Assembly (NCBI GenBank): GCA_951406725.2
Contig: OX597816.1
Coordinates: forward strand, 13,640,001-13,704,000
Length of the DNA: 64,000 nucleotides
Source of the DNA: Octopus vulgaris
Taxonomy: Eukaryota
Reading direction: 5' to 3'
Position 1 is the stretch's first letter. Every line of letters starts with the position of its first letter. The position numbers were made by a program, and so were the translations under genes. The notes under the pieces are model-generated. The model saw nothing but the letters and a program-made list of their open reading frames with translations, was not told where the DNA came from and did no database searches. Below are positions 1 to 12,368 of this stretch, in pieces.

Positions 1-550
1 CAAGTACATCTCCATAAATACACATGTATATTTTTGTATATACATACACACATACATATGTAAGGTTGGCTCAATGAGGGTTACCGTAAGGCTCATCAAA
101 TATCTACCATTCATGTCTAATTACTGCTGTCAATGATCCTATCATTGTTTTTTTACAACTTTTCATTTCCTCTTTTTTCTACTTAAACTTTATACAGAAA
201 ACTACCGAAATTTCAGTGCTGCAAATAACAGTTCATAACTGACTTTCTGTTCAGTGGCACACGAAAAGGACCCACCCAAGCCAGAGCACCTAAACCTGTG
301 CGATGTATAAAGCACCCTGTACACTCTGTAAAGTGGTTGGCATTAGGAAGAGCATCGAGCCATAGGAACCATGCCAAAAACAGACAGTTTGAGCCTGGTG
401 TAACTCTCCAGCTTAGCAGCTCCTGTCAAGCCGTCCAACCCATGCCAGCATGAAAAACAGACGTTAAACGATGATGATGATGATGATAGTGGTGATTTCC
501 ATAAGTTAAACAAGATACATCCAACTCACGTCAGCGTGGAAAGTGAACAG

Positions 551-642
551 ATGATGATAATGATGGTGGCGGTGGTGGTGGTAATGATGATGATGATAAA
601 GGTGTAATGATGGTGGTGGTGATGATGATGATGAAGCTAACA

Positions 643-673
<31 letters not shown>

Positions 674-721
674 CATTGGTGGTGGTGGTGATGGTGATGA
701 TGATGATGACGATGATGATGG

Positions 722-752
<31 letters not shown>

Positions 753-1030
753 GGTGGTGGTGGTAATGATGATGATGATGGTATTGATGATGATGATGAT
801 GACATTGGTGGTGGAGATGACAAGGATGTAATGATGGTGGTGATGATGATGATGACGAAGCTAATAACGATTATGATGATGATGATGGTGGTGGTGGTGG
901 TGGTGGTGGTGGTGGTGGTGGTGGTGATGATAACGAAGCTAACGATTATGATGATGATGATGGTGGTGGTGATGATGATAACGAAGCTAACAACAATTAT
1001 GATGATGATGATGATGATGATGGTGTTGAT
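551..1030 (+). repeat. (GAT/GGT)n compound microsatellite
   Basis: Direct reading. Confidence 0.97.
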
Positions 1031-1281
1031 GATAGAGAAGACAAAGAAAAGATTGATCACATCAGCATCTTATCATCATTTTCAGTCAGCATCCGTTTGA
1101 AAACAGGAGGAGCTTTAAACAACAAGAAAAATGAAAAAGACAAAAAAAAAGTAAAATGATTACATCATGAAGATAAACAAAAAAAAAAACAAAAAAATTA
1201 TGGCAATAAAATATAAATAACAATAATAATAATAATAATAATGGTGAATGAAACGATAAGACAAATGATACGAAGAAGTCT

Positions 1282-1388
1282 TTTATTCATTTTATTCATT
1301 ATTTTTTTTTTTTTTCTCGCTTTTGACAAACGCACAAAAATAAATAAGCAAAACGATTCTCCTGATAATAATTTGTTTCTTTTTTATT
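1282..1388 (-). promoter_or_regulatory. Candidate IFT122 polyadenylation signals
   Basis: Minus-strand AATAAA hexamers (plus tttatt at 1383-1388, 1291-1296, 1282-1287) lie 70-180 nt after the stop. The AT-rich context makes the choice uncertain. Confidence 0.4.
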
Positions 1389-1458
1389 TTGAATATATTG
1401 AATAAATATCATTTACTAAATACAAGTGTTCTGTTAAAGTCTGCAGACTTCATTTGTT

Positions 1459-1542
1459 TCATCCTTCTCGGTGCTTTTCTCGGCAGAAAGGACAGTAGCC
1501 GAATTGAAGATATTTCAGCTCAAAATCGTCAGTGTGGAACAG
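1459..1542 (-). CDS. IFT122: IFT122 last coding exon: LFHTDDFELKYLQFGYCPFCREKHREG*
   Basis: Acceptor cccattccAG|CTG and TGA at 1461-1459. Matches recalled human [22 protein letters not shown] and completes the terminal CxxC...CxxC motif. Confidence 0.95.
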   Translation of the reverse strand: MFHTDDFELKYLQFGYCPFCREKHREG

Positions 1543-1655
1543 CTGGAATGGGAATCGGACGAGGATATTTAAGAAGAATGCATTCAAATGGTAAATATAA
1601 AATATAATAATAAATTATATAATAAATATAAAACATAATGATAAAGGCGCATATA

Positions 1656-2051
1656 GGCGCAGGAGTGGCTGTGTGGTAAGTAGCTTGCTAACCAACCACA
1701 TGGTTCCGGGTTCAGTCGGAGCCTGGTCCAGCCATCCTGGCTTGCCAGTCGTCAGTCAAATCGTCCAACCCATGCTAGCATGGAAAGCGGATGTTAAATG
1801 ATGATATACGTACATATATATATATATATATAAGTGTGAGTGTATATTATTGTGTGTCTGTGTTTGTCCCCCTAGCATTGTTTGACAACCGATGCTGGTG
1901 TGTTTATGTCCCCGTCACTTAGCGGTTCGGCAAAAGAGACCGATAGAATAAGTACTGGGCTTACAAAGAATAAGTCCCAGGGTCGATTTGCTCGACTAAA
2001 GGCGGTGCTCCAGCATGGCCACAGTTGAATGACTGAAACAAGTAAAAGAGT
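1656..2051 (+). mobile_element. SINE family A interrupted by a family B fragment
   Basis: Head 1656-1717, family B end about 1718-1805, tail to 2051. Confidence 0.75.
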
Positions 2052-2418
2052 ATGTGTAAAAAGCACCCACTACACTCTTGGAGTGGTTGGCATTAGAAAG
2101 GGTATCCAGCTGTAGAAACCTTGCCAGATTAGATTGTGTGTGTGTGTGTGTGTGTGTATGTGTGTGTATGTATGTATGTCTGTCTGTATGTATGCATGCA
2201 TGTAATTTCTAGACAATGGACAGACGTTGCAATAATAAAATAGCAGTAATAAACAAGTAAAAAAAAAAAAAAATATAGTGTGTGTGTTTATTTGGCAATA
2301 AATGAATAAATGAGTAAATAAGACTAATAATTAAGAAAATGACCATCCTAAAATACAGCAATATCGGTTTCAACGTGATTTCACCTCAGGAATCTTGCAA
2401 AATGAATTGATAAATGCA

Positions 2419-2461
<43 letters not shown>

Positions 2462-2462
2462 T

Positions 2463-2750
2463 GTGGAGGTGCAATGGCCCAGTGGTTAGGGCAGCGGACT
2501 TGCGGTCGTAGGATCGTGGTTTTGATTCCCAGACCGGGCGTTGTGTGTGTTTATTGAGCTCCACGAGGCTCCGGCAAGGGGTAGTGGTGATCCCTGCTGT
2601 ACTCTTTCGCCACAACTTTCTCACACTCTTTCTTCTGTTGGCCTGCTCGCTTAGCTAATGGGGTGGCGTCACTTGATGGCTAAAACAATGTGAAGCGCAT
2701 TGTGACCAGCGATGTATAGCAACATCTGATTGCCTGGTCAGTCACGGTGA
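2463..2750 (+). mobile_element. tRNA-derived SINE family D
   Basis: A box TGGCCCAGTGG, B-like GGTTTTGATTCCC; related heads at 18172 and 51220. Confidence 0.75.
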
Positions 2751-3325
2751 TATATATATACATATATATCAATTTAATATGCATTTATGAAAGAGATACA
2801 AAAATTTTCATGCTTTTAAGATACTTTGTAAAACACACCCTGCATCTCCAAGCAGTGTGTTAGGTGTATTTTGAAAACTAGGGGTGTGAGAAAATAAAAA
2901 AAAAAAAAACAAGATGAAGGAAAAGAAAGGCAAGAAAACCCAAGATCCCCGTCCTCCCTGATTGTGTACTAAATTGATATTTATCTCTCCCTGGATGGAG
3001 TACATTTTGTTGATTCTACCTCTGTTGGATCTCTAAAGCATAAAATGTCAGGTGATATGAGAGGTGAATATATTTATTTAAGCAGTCAACATCTTTAGGA
3101 TTACAGCCGTTTCACAGCCTTCTTCACATAATAATTTCAACGTGGAAGGAACCATGCTTACATGTGTGCATTAAAATGCATGCTATGCATTATACAATAC
3201 ATTTGTATGTTCACAAATCAGTGCAGAATGCTAGCTAAATGACACTGAAATGATTCTTACATGAATAACAAAAAAAAAAAATAAAAAACATGGTCTATAT
3301 TTTGTTTTGTATTGGGAAGAAACAA

Positions 3326-3792
3326 TGTACATTATTTACATTATTTACATTTGACGGATATTTGTCCTCATCTTGTTTGTTGTTAACACAATGTTTCGGC
3401 TGATATACCCTCCAGCCTTCATCAGTTGTCTTGGGGAAATTTCGAACCTAGGTTCTCATTCCTAAGGTATTTTTTTATGTTTATCATTATTATCATCATT
3501 GTTATTATTATTATTATTATTATTGAGTGAGAGAGCAGTGCATGCCATCAAAGTGACACTGAGATAAAATATACAAAGCCCAACATACCCATCATGATTA
3601 CCCGTCTGATAAGGGTACACCAGGTACATGCATCACAACCATATGTGCGCGACATGGTGATCTTATATCATGATAAACAGCACATGAACTTGTATTATTA
3701 TCATTCTTCTTCTTCTTATTATTATTATTATTTATTATTATTATTATCATTTATTATTATTAATTATTATTATTTATTATTATTATTTATTA

Positions 3793-3825
<33 letters not shown>

Positions 3826-3984
3826 ATCACTGCCTGGACTCGAACTTGGAATCTTGGGGTTAGTAGCCTGCGCTCTTAACTACTACGCCATATGCCCGAT
3901 CAAGGCTGGAGGATATATCAACTGAAACGTTGTGCTAACAACAAACAAGATGAGGACAAATATCCGTCAAATGTAAATAATGTA
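3326..3984 (-). mobile_element. Composite SINE-like element: tRNA-derived head, (AAT)n, hammerhead-bearing Penelope-like tail, and inverted tail copy at its 5' end
   Basis: Head 3897-3823 with A box TGGCGTAGTAG and B box AGTTCGAGTCC. Tail 3470-3326 contains CUGAUGA A GGCUG...CAGCC GAAAC AUU. 3898-3984 is an inverted copy of about 3337-3423. Another tail copy is at about 60257-60343. Confidence 0.7.
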
Positions 3985-4059
3985 CATAATTCCTCATCTC
4001 TTAGATACAGAATTGCAGAAACAATGTAGTAAGAGGCATTTTAAACTAGAACACCTTAC

Positions 4060-4227
4060 CTTTTGGCAAAAAAGACATTTTATTATAGAAACATCATCTG
4101 GAAGCAATGTCTTAAAGAATTGGAAACGGAGTGGTTTGGGCCACTCTAAGACGTACACTTCACTTCTTGTCATATTCTTCAGAATAGAACGACTAACAAC
4201 AATAGGCTTGAAATCGTTTCCATCTTG
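4060..4227 (-). CDS. IFT122: IFT122 penultimate exon: QDGNDFKPIVVSRSILKNMTRSEVYVLEWPKPLRFQFFKTLLPDDVSIIKCLFCQK
   Basis: Acceptor ttcttacAG|CAA and donor AAG|GTAAGG; 168 nt, phase 0 to 0. Matches recalled human [55 protein letters not shown]. Confidence 0.96.
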
Positions 4228-4529
4228 CTGTAAGAAGATAAAATGAAATGAAATAACAGTGTGAGAAGAACATTGTAGTTCTCTTGAAGCATTGTAGGAT
4301 AGAGGTAGACTAACAAATGAAACGGAAAATATGGAGAGCTTCTCATGATACAGAAAGTTTAAAAGACCTTTATATTTTGGGCACAAAGGCTTATTTTCAG
4401 AGGAATACAGTCACCACCATGGACAAACACCTTTATCACCATTGCTGTGAAACTACAGCCAATCTTCCATCACTGACCCCAATGTGACCTACAATACCAG
4501 AAACTAGGGAATTGCTGCTACTAACACAT

Positions 4530-4795
4530 GTAGTTTGTCCATCGATGCGATGAAGACCATCTAATCATCCTGGGGTGGGGGTGGGGGTGGGCTTGTTTTG
4601 TGAGTCTGCAGATGGCTAGTGAGGCCAAATTGCACTCGAAAGAGTCTTTGACAGTGTGGACAGGGAATGGTAGCGCCTGCTATAGGGTTGTTAGCTCTGT
4701 TCTTCCTGGCTTGTCTGCAGTTTTCTGCAGCAGCGATCCTATTGGTCTCGCATTGTGCTGGCACCCTTGTGAACAGCTGATCACCACCTTTCTCT
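4530..4795 (-). mobile_element. RTE/BovB-like LINE 3' end
   Basis: CETNRIAAAENCRQARKNRA...IPCPHCQRLFRVQFGLTSHLQTH, the C-terminal C2H2 motif typical of RTE-clade ORF2. No flanking splice sites support a host gene. Confidence 0.75.
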
Positions 4796-4915
4796 GTCAC
4801 TACCCATCCAGTTACCCAAAATGACAGGATCTGTGTAAATATTCATTTCTTTGATGGAATCCTTCTGGAAATAGGCCTATGCACCCAAAACATGAAGGCT
4901 TTTTTTTTTAAACAT

Positions 4916-5302
4916 GGAGTGGCTGTGTGGTAAGTAGCTTGCTTACCAACCACATGGTTCTGTGTTCAGTCCCACTGCATGGCACCTTGGGCAAGTGTCT
5001 ATATCTTCGGGCCAACCAAAGTCTTGTGAGTGGATTTGGTAGATGGAAACTGAAAGATGCCTGTCGTATATATATATATGTATATGGATATGTGTGTGTG
5101 TTTGTGTCTCTTTGTCCCCCCAACATCATCGCTTGACAACTGATGTTGGTGTGTTTACATCCCCATAACTTAGCAGTTCGGCATAAGAGATCGATAGAAT
5201 AAGTACTAGGCTTACAAAGAATAAGTCCTGGGGTCGATTTGCTTGACTAAAAGTGGTGCTCCAGCATGGCTGCAGTCAAATGACTGAAACAAGTAAAAGA
5301 GT
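4916..5302 (+). mobile_element. tRNA-derived SINE family A
   Basis: Head GGAGTGGCTGTGTGGTAAG...GTTCAGTCCC, internal (TA/TG)n, tail AAATGACTGAAACAAGTAAAAGAGT. More than 10 full or partial copies in the window. Confidence 0.85.
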
Positions 5303-6215
5303 ATTGTTAGAAACTTCCCTTGTTTTATATTTCATTTATTATTCTACTTACGAACATTGTAGCTTACATGAATCACAAAAATAAAGAAGTGAAATAGCAA
5401 AATAATGAAGTTAGAAAGCTTCATAGAATTTAGAAAGAAAACAGTTTAATAAGCTTGCTATATTACAGGCACAAAGGCCCATAATTAGAAGTGAAAGGAG
5501 TAATGGAATGCAGATTTTTACTGTATCAAATGCTCAAGAGGGCCAGTACTGTTTGACTCACATTTCTCTATTTGTCTGATCTTTACTGGAGATCAGATAA
5601 ACCCTTTTGATACCAACCCAGCCGAAACCACCTCTGGCTCTGTAGTACAAATGTCTGGTTTTCAAACATTCTGAATTTATTGAGACAAATTTACTACTTT
5701 GGAATGTTTAATTGTAGCCCTTAAAGTCAGAGAGGTTGTCTTGTTCCAGGCAAGGTTAAAAAATCCTTTTTTTTTCCCTTCCTGCATTGTCTGCATTCAT
5801 TCCTTAACCCTTTTGTTACTGTATTTATTTTAAGATGCTCTTCCACCAAACTCTAGTCACAATTTATGTTCTTAACACTAAGCTAATGATAACTCACTTA
5901 TTTTACTAAATTCTTTGTTATATTTAAAATAATTGAAAGAAACACAGAGCAAATCAAAATAAATACAGTAACGAAAGGGTTAAGGAATGAATTCAGACAA
6001 TGCAGGAAGGGGGGTAAAAAAGGAGTTTTTAACCTTGCCAGGGACAAGACAATCTCTCTGACTTTAGGGCTACAATTAAATGTTTCAAAGTAGTAAATTT
6101 GTCTCAATAAATTCCATGTCTTACAAACATGGGGCTGAATTCATGGAGCCACCAAACCATGGTAAAGTGGACAACAAAGTAATGATGATGATGATGATGA
6201 TATATATGGTGAACA

Positions 6216-6257
<42 letters not shown>

Positions 6258-6300
6258 AATGATGATGATGATGATGATGATGATGATATATATGGTGAAC

Positions 6301-6713
6301 AGCAGCGAGCTAGCAGAATCGTTAGCATGCTGGGTAAAATGCTTAGTGGTATTTCATCTGCCGTTACGTTCTGAGTTCAAATTCCGCCGAGGTCAACTTT
6401 GCCTTTCATCCTTTCGGGGTCGATTAAATAAGTACCAGTCAAGCCCTGGGGTCGGTGTAATCAACTTAATCCGTTTGTCTGTCCTTGTTTGTTCCTTCTG
6501 TGTTTAGCCCCTTGTGGGTAGTAAAGAAATAGGTATTTCATCTTCCATTACGTTCTGAGTTCTAATTCTGCTGATGTCAACTTTGCCTTTCATCCTTTCG
6601 GGATCGATTAAATAAGTACCAGTTACACACTGGGGACAATGTAATCGACTTAATCCCTTTGTCTGCCTTTGTTTGTCCCCTCTATGTTTATATCCATGTG
6701 GAGAATAAAAAAT
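6301..6713 (+). mobile_element. SINE family C, tandem dimer
   Basis: Two head-to-tail units joined at AAATAGGTATTTC (about 6530). Confidence 0.8.
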
Positions 6714-7055
6714 AGATATATAGGGTGAAGGTGTGTGTCCTAGAGGTTAGGGTGTCACACTTGCAATCGCTACATCTTGGGTTCAATTTCCAGACCCCGC
6801 AACACATTGTGTTTTTGTGCAACACGCTTCATTCAACGTTGCACCAGTCCACTCAGCTGTAAATGGACAACCCTGCGACAAAATGGCCTTCTGATTGGGC
6901 GAGAATGTTGGCCTGCTCACCTAGCCGACGGGGTACCATCATTCGAAAGCTAAACCAATGCAAAACGCATTGTGATCAGTGATGTATAACAACATCCTAT
7001 AGTCTGGTCAATCACATGATTATGCAAGGTATATACATAAATAACTAAATATATT

Positions 7056-7705
7056 TGTGTGTGTGTGTGTGAGTGTGTGTGTGTGAGTGTGTGTGTGGGT
7101 ATATAAGGACACACACACACACACACACATGCATGAATGTATGTGTAATACGGACCAAGATAGCACATGACTACAGAGATTCCCAGACCATGAATAAAAT
7201 ATGTATACATTACATAAATAAGAACTGGTGGAGGAGAGAAACAACCACACTGTGTGTGTGTGTGTGTGTGTAAGTGTGTTGTGTGTGTATGTGTGTGTGT
7301 GTGTAAGTGTGTGTGTGTGTAAATGTGTAAGTGTGTGTGTGTGTGTTGGGTGTATGCATGTGTGTGTGTGTGTGTGAAAGTGTGTATGCATGTGTGTGTG
7401 TGTGTGTAAGTGTGTGAAAGTGTGTATGCATGTGTATGCGTATGTAAGTGTGTGTGTGTGTGTGTGTGTAAGTGTGTATGTGTGTGTGTGTGTGTGTGTG
7501 AGTTGTGTGTATGCATGTGTGTGTGTGTGTGTTTGAAAGTGTGTGTAAGTGTGTATGTGTATGTAAGTGTGTGTAAGTGTGTATGTGTGTGTGTAAGTAA
7601 GTGTGTGTGAGTTGTGTGTATGCATGTGTGTGTGTGTGTGTGTGTGTATGCATGTGTGTGTGTGTAAGTGTGTGAAACTGTGTATGCATGTGTATGCGTA
7701 TGTAA

Positions 7706-7740
<35 letters not shown>

Positions 7741-8115
7741 TGTGTGTGTGTAAGTGTGTGTGTGAGTTGTGTGTATGCATGTGTGTGTGTGTAAGTGTGT
7801 GTGTGTGTTTGAAAGTGTGTGTAAGTGTGTATGTGTATGTAAGTGTGTAAGTGTGTGTAAGTGTGTATGTGTGTGTGTAAGTATGTGTGTGAGTTGTGTG
7901 TATGCATGTGTGTGTAAGTGTGTAAGTGTGTGTATGTGTGTGAAAGTGTGTATGCATGTGTATGTGTATGTAAGTGTGTACGTGTGTGTGAGTGTGTGTG
8001 TGTGTGTGTGTAAGTGTGTATGTGTGCATGTAAGTGTGTACGTGTGTGTGAGTGTGTGTGTGTGTGTGTGTGTGTAAGTGTGTATGTGTGCATGTAAGTG
8101 TGTGTGTGTGTGTTT
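7056..8115 (+). repeat. Complex (TG)n array with internal block duplications
   Basis: TG runs with recurring TAAG, TATGCA and GAAAG interruptions; one unique island at about 7140-7250. Confidence 0.97.
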
Positions 8116-8269
8116 GCACACACGTGCAGAGTCTGAAAATGGTATTTCAGGAGGTTTCCGAAATATATTGGACCAGTCACTTAACTGATGAAAATGGAGC
8201 CTGGCAGGGGGACAGATGCTGAAGGATACACGTCTCACTAAAGAAGCTCTCAATTGGGGGGGGGGAGTG

Positions 8270-9175
8270 TGCGGGTGATGATGGCAGTGAAGGCAGCGCT
8301 GGTGGTTGTGGTGGTAGTGGTGGTGGCAGTGACGATGGTAGTAGTAGCAACGGTGGTACAGTTATTGGCGTTTGTAGCCTTGAGCGTGGTGATCGTGATG
8401 GTGGTGGTGATGTTGTTGTTGATGAAGTTGTTATTGGTGGTGGTGGTGGTAGTGATGGTGAAGGGGATGATGTTAGTGGTGATGCTGGTAGTTGAAGTGA
8501 AGTGATAATAATGGTGTAGTAGTGGTAGTGGTGGTGGTGGTGGTGGTGGTGGTAGTATTGGTGGTGGTGGTAGCAATAGTAGTAGAGGTGTGGTGGTGAT
8601 GATGGAGGTGGTGGTAGTAGTAATAGTGGTGGCTGTAGTAGTGATGGTGGCAGTAGTAATAGTAGTGGTGGTGGTGGTGGTAGTAGTAGTAGCAGTGATG
8701 GTGGTGGTTGTAGTAGTAATGGTGGTGGCTGTGGTAGGTGTAGTAGTGGTGGTGGTGGTAGTAGTAATAGTAGTAATGGTGGTGGCTGTAGTGTGTGTAG
8801 TAGTGGTGGTGGTGGTAGTAGTAATAGTAGTGGCTGTAGTAGTGATGGTGGCAGTAGTAATAGTAGTGGTGGTGGTGGTGGTAGTAGTAGTAGCAGTGAT
8901 GGTGGTGGTTGTAGTAGTAATGGTGGTGGCTGTGGTAGGTGTAGTAGTGGTGGTGGTGGTAGTAGTAATAGTAGTGGTGGTGGTGGTGGTAGTAGTAGTA
9001 GCAGTGATGGTGGTGGCTGTGGTAGGTGTAGTAGTGGTGGTAGTAGTAGTAGTAGTAATAGTAGTGTTGGTGATAGTAGTAATAGTAGTAGTGAAGGTGG
9101 TGGTGGTGATGATGATAATGGTAGTGAATGTAATAGTGGTAGAGGTGATGATGTTGTCGTTGGTGGTGGTGGTCA
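8270..9175 (+). repeat. (GTA/GTG)n compound microsatellite
   Basis: Direct reading; source of the poly-V and poly-T ORFs. Confidence 0.97.
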
Positions 9176-9243
9176 TGGTACCACCAGTGGCCGGACCAGA
9201 ATTTTGCAGCCAACAAAATTTCATTAATATGGGATACAGGTGC

Positions 9244-9274
<31 letters not shown>

Positions 9275-9851
9275 AACTCGAGCCTTTTATGGAACTTTAT
9301 GGAGAACAAAATTAGTGCTGAGTTGAACTTTATGGAGAACAAAATTAGTGCTGAGTTGATGGACAAAGTGGTGGTGGTTGTGGAGTGGTGGTGGTGATGG
9401 TGTGGTGGTGGTGGAAGTGAAACATAAATAAACAACAAGAAAAAAAAAAAAAACAAAAAAAAAATAGCACTGCCATTTAGCAAATATATGTTCCAACTTT
9501 CTGACTGAAATAAAGTTGTTGAGCTGTGAAAACGAAAGCAAAAAAAGCAAAAAATGAACCCCCCCCCCCCCCCCGAAACAGAAAACAAAAATAATAAAAT
9601 CAACAAGGAAAGTAAAAAAACAAAAAAAAAAAAAAGCAAAATGGGTTTAATCTATAAATCAGCTAATTATATATTCATCGACACACCCTCGTTGATGTAG
9701 AGACACAGACACAGCGGAAGATTACACAGGGGCCGATACACAAACACATTCACTCCTTATTTGTGCGTGTGTACATTACATATGTATGTGTGTGTGCGTG
9801 TGTGTATGTGTGTGTGTATGTGTGTGTGTGTATATATGTATCTACATATAA

Positions 9852-10081
9852 GGCGGCGAGCTGGCAGAAACGTTAGCGCGCCGGGCGAAATGCTTAGCGG
9901 TATTTCGTCTGCCGCTACGTTCTGAGTTCAAATTCCGCCGAGGTCGACTTTGCCTTTCATCCTTTCGGGGTCGATAAATAAAGTACCAGTTACGCACTGG
10001 GGTCGATGTAATCGACTTAATACCTATGTCTGTCCTTGTTTGTCCCCTCTGTGTTTAGCCCCTTGTGGGTAGTAAAGAAAT
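9852..10081 (+). mobile_element. SINE family C (core resembles the Nin-type SINE domain), CpG-rich young copy
   Basis: GGCGGCGAGCTGGCAGAA...GAGTTCAAATTCCGCCGAGGTCGACTTTGCCTTTCATCCTTTCGGGGTCGATAAA...TAAAGAAATA. The Nin assignment is from memory. Confidence 0.82.
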
Positions 10082-10143
10082 ATATATGTATCTACATATA
10101 TGTATCTCTCTCCCTCCCTCCCTCTCTCTCTCTCTCTCTCTCT

Positions 10144-10201
<58 letters not shown>

Positions 10202-10203
<2 letters not shown>

Positions 10204-10617
10204 CGTAGGAGTGGCTGTGTGGTAAGTAGCCTGCTTACCGACCACATGGTTCAGGGTTCAGTCCCACTATGTGGTACCTTGGGCAAGTGTCTTCTACTAT
10301 ACCCTCGGGCCGACCAAAGCCTTGTGAGTGGATTTGGTAGACGGAAACTGAAAGAAACCCGTCGTATATATGTATATATATGTATGTGTGTGTATGTGTT
10401 TGTGTGTCTGTGTTTGTACCCCTAGCATTGCTTGACAACTGATGCTGGTGTATTTATGTCCCCGTTACTTAGCGGTTCGGCAAAAGAGACCAATAGAATA
10501 AGTACTGGGCTTACAAAAGAATAAGCCCCGGGGCCGAGTTGCTCAATTAAAGGTGGTGCTCCAGCATGGCCACAGTCAAATGACCGAAACAAGTAAGAGA
10601 GTAAAAGAGAAAAGAGT
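10202..10617 (+). mobile_element. SINE family A, full length
   Basis: Same head, body and tail as 4916-5302. Confidence 0.88.
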
Positions 10618-11283
10618 AATATACCGGAGTAAGCACATAAATGTGAAACAAGGTGGAAAAAAGAGTACTCAAATACCAGGGGTAGAGTAATATGCTTTAT
10701 TTAAAAGCAGCAGAAATATAACAAAACCTGTTACTCAGAGTTTCACGTTCCTGTTTGTCGGACAATTTTGTTTAAAAAAAAAAAAAGAGCAAAGGGAATA
10801 TATATACACACACATGTATATGTGTACGTGTATAAGTGTATATATAGATTTATACAGACAGATATAAACTTGATATAGAAACATATAGAATGAGAAGTGT
10901 GGAAGGACAGAGGGGAAGTAATTGATAACTTGTGAGCTCTAATAGATATTTTGAAGTACATAAAATATGTAGGAAAGTTTATATCATTTGTAGCATCCAT
11001 AACTCTGGCAGTTCTATTCTACACAGCAATAATATTATACCTCACAGCCACTACTACTACTACTACAACTACTACTACTACTACTACTGCTGCTACTACT
11101 ACTACTACTACTAATAATAATAATACTACTGCTACTACTACAGCTGCTTCATCAATGTGGCTTTGTATGAAATGGTTTTGTATACAAGCAACTATAAGAA
11201 TCAGCTAAGAAAATGTATCATCAGCTAACTATATATGCATAACACAACAGCATCTGCCCATTAATTGCTACAGTTTCAGTATA

Positions 11284-11319
<36 letters not shown>

Positions 11320-11512
11320 TCTATCTACCTATCTATCTATCTATCTATCTGTCTATCTATCTGTCTATCTATCTATCTATCTACCTATCTATAATTCTTT
11401 CTTTCTCTCTTGCTCTCTCTTCGTCTCTCTATTTCTACATACACACACACAACACACACACACATACACAGACACATCACAGCCTTGGACCTCTATTTAA
11501 AAACCATCTCAC

Positions 11513-11566
11513 ATTGTCTTGGACGAAGGGATATCCATAATATCCCAGAAACAGCTGTAAGACTAT
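11513..11566 (+). ncRNA. Degenerate hammerhead motif
   Basis: GUCU UGGACGA A GGGAUAU CCAUA AUAUCCC A GAA ACAGCUGU A AGAC. All three stems present; CUGA is mutated to UGGA. Confidence 0.55.
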
Positions 11567-12324
11567 ATCTATACTTTTTCCTTATAAATGTCCTGAAAAC
11601 TACTCACAGTCTTGGGTTTGTTATCTCATTTTTTAAAATATATATATATATATCCTCATGGCTTGTAAAATCATGAGCTGATATACCCAGAAACTGCCTA
11701 CCTAAGCCAGTTGGACAAGTGAGTTGGTGGTGTTGATAAGCTACAAAAATGATGAAACCTCGATGTCCATTACCCCCAAATGGGATTGAGGGTGAGTTAT
11801 CTCACCTGTCCATGGCTCTGAGGCGTTTTAACACCAGTGACATGAGAGTTATATACTCCGATATGCCATTGCAACCACCGTAAAATATACAAAGCATATA
11901 CATTAGTATATGTATTTTACAATATATATATATATATACACATACACACACACATGTACATATATATATACACATACATACATACATATATACAGGTATA
12001 TATATTATGTTATATTGACAGTGACTTTGAAGTATGAACCAGATAAATCATTATTGTCTTAGCTGGTCAAATCTTCAACATAACTGTCAATAAAATTCTT
12101 GCTAAAGCATAATAAATTTGTGTTCTGCCAAATGTATTCATAATTCCTTCAATATAAACCAAAATTGCTTTTATTATAAACAAAAACAAACAATATATGT
12201 GTGTGTGTATGTTAGAAGAGGTACACCAAGGGAAAATGAAAGAGGCTAAATCAGCTTTGCAGGAATGGACCTGCATATATAATATATATATATATATACA
12301 GTTGAAACATTCCTATGACAACCT

Positions 12325-12368
12325 GGGACCTTGAAGACGTCTTAAATGCAAGAAAGTATACTAGTCCC
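12325..12368 (+). ncRNA. Degenerate hammerhead motif
   Basis: GGGAC C UUGAAGA ... GAA AGUAUACU A GUCCC. Perfect 5-bp stem I and palindromic stem III; stem II poor. Confidence 0.4.

Noticed and set aside
520-552. Minus-strand LFTFHAD|GTGAGT resembling a duplicate of the last IFT122 exon
   Set aside because: Better explained as a decayed family B terminus next to (GAT)n.
3823-3897. tRNA gene
   Set aside because: A and B boxes are present but there is no good acceptor stem, and it runs into (AAT)n; SINE head. The same applies to the other tRNA-like heads.
4561-4800. C2H2 zinc-finger gene
   Set aside because: A single finger in the context of an RTE LINE C-terminus, with no exon structure.
6950-9639. 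Long ORFs of 240-390 aa (HT-, T- and V-rich)
   Set aside because: They are translations of TG and GTA/GTG microsatellites.
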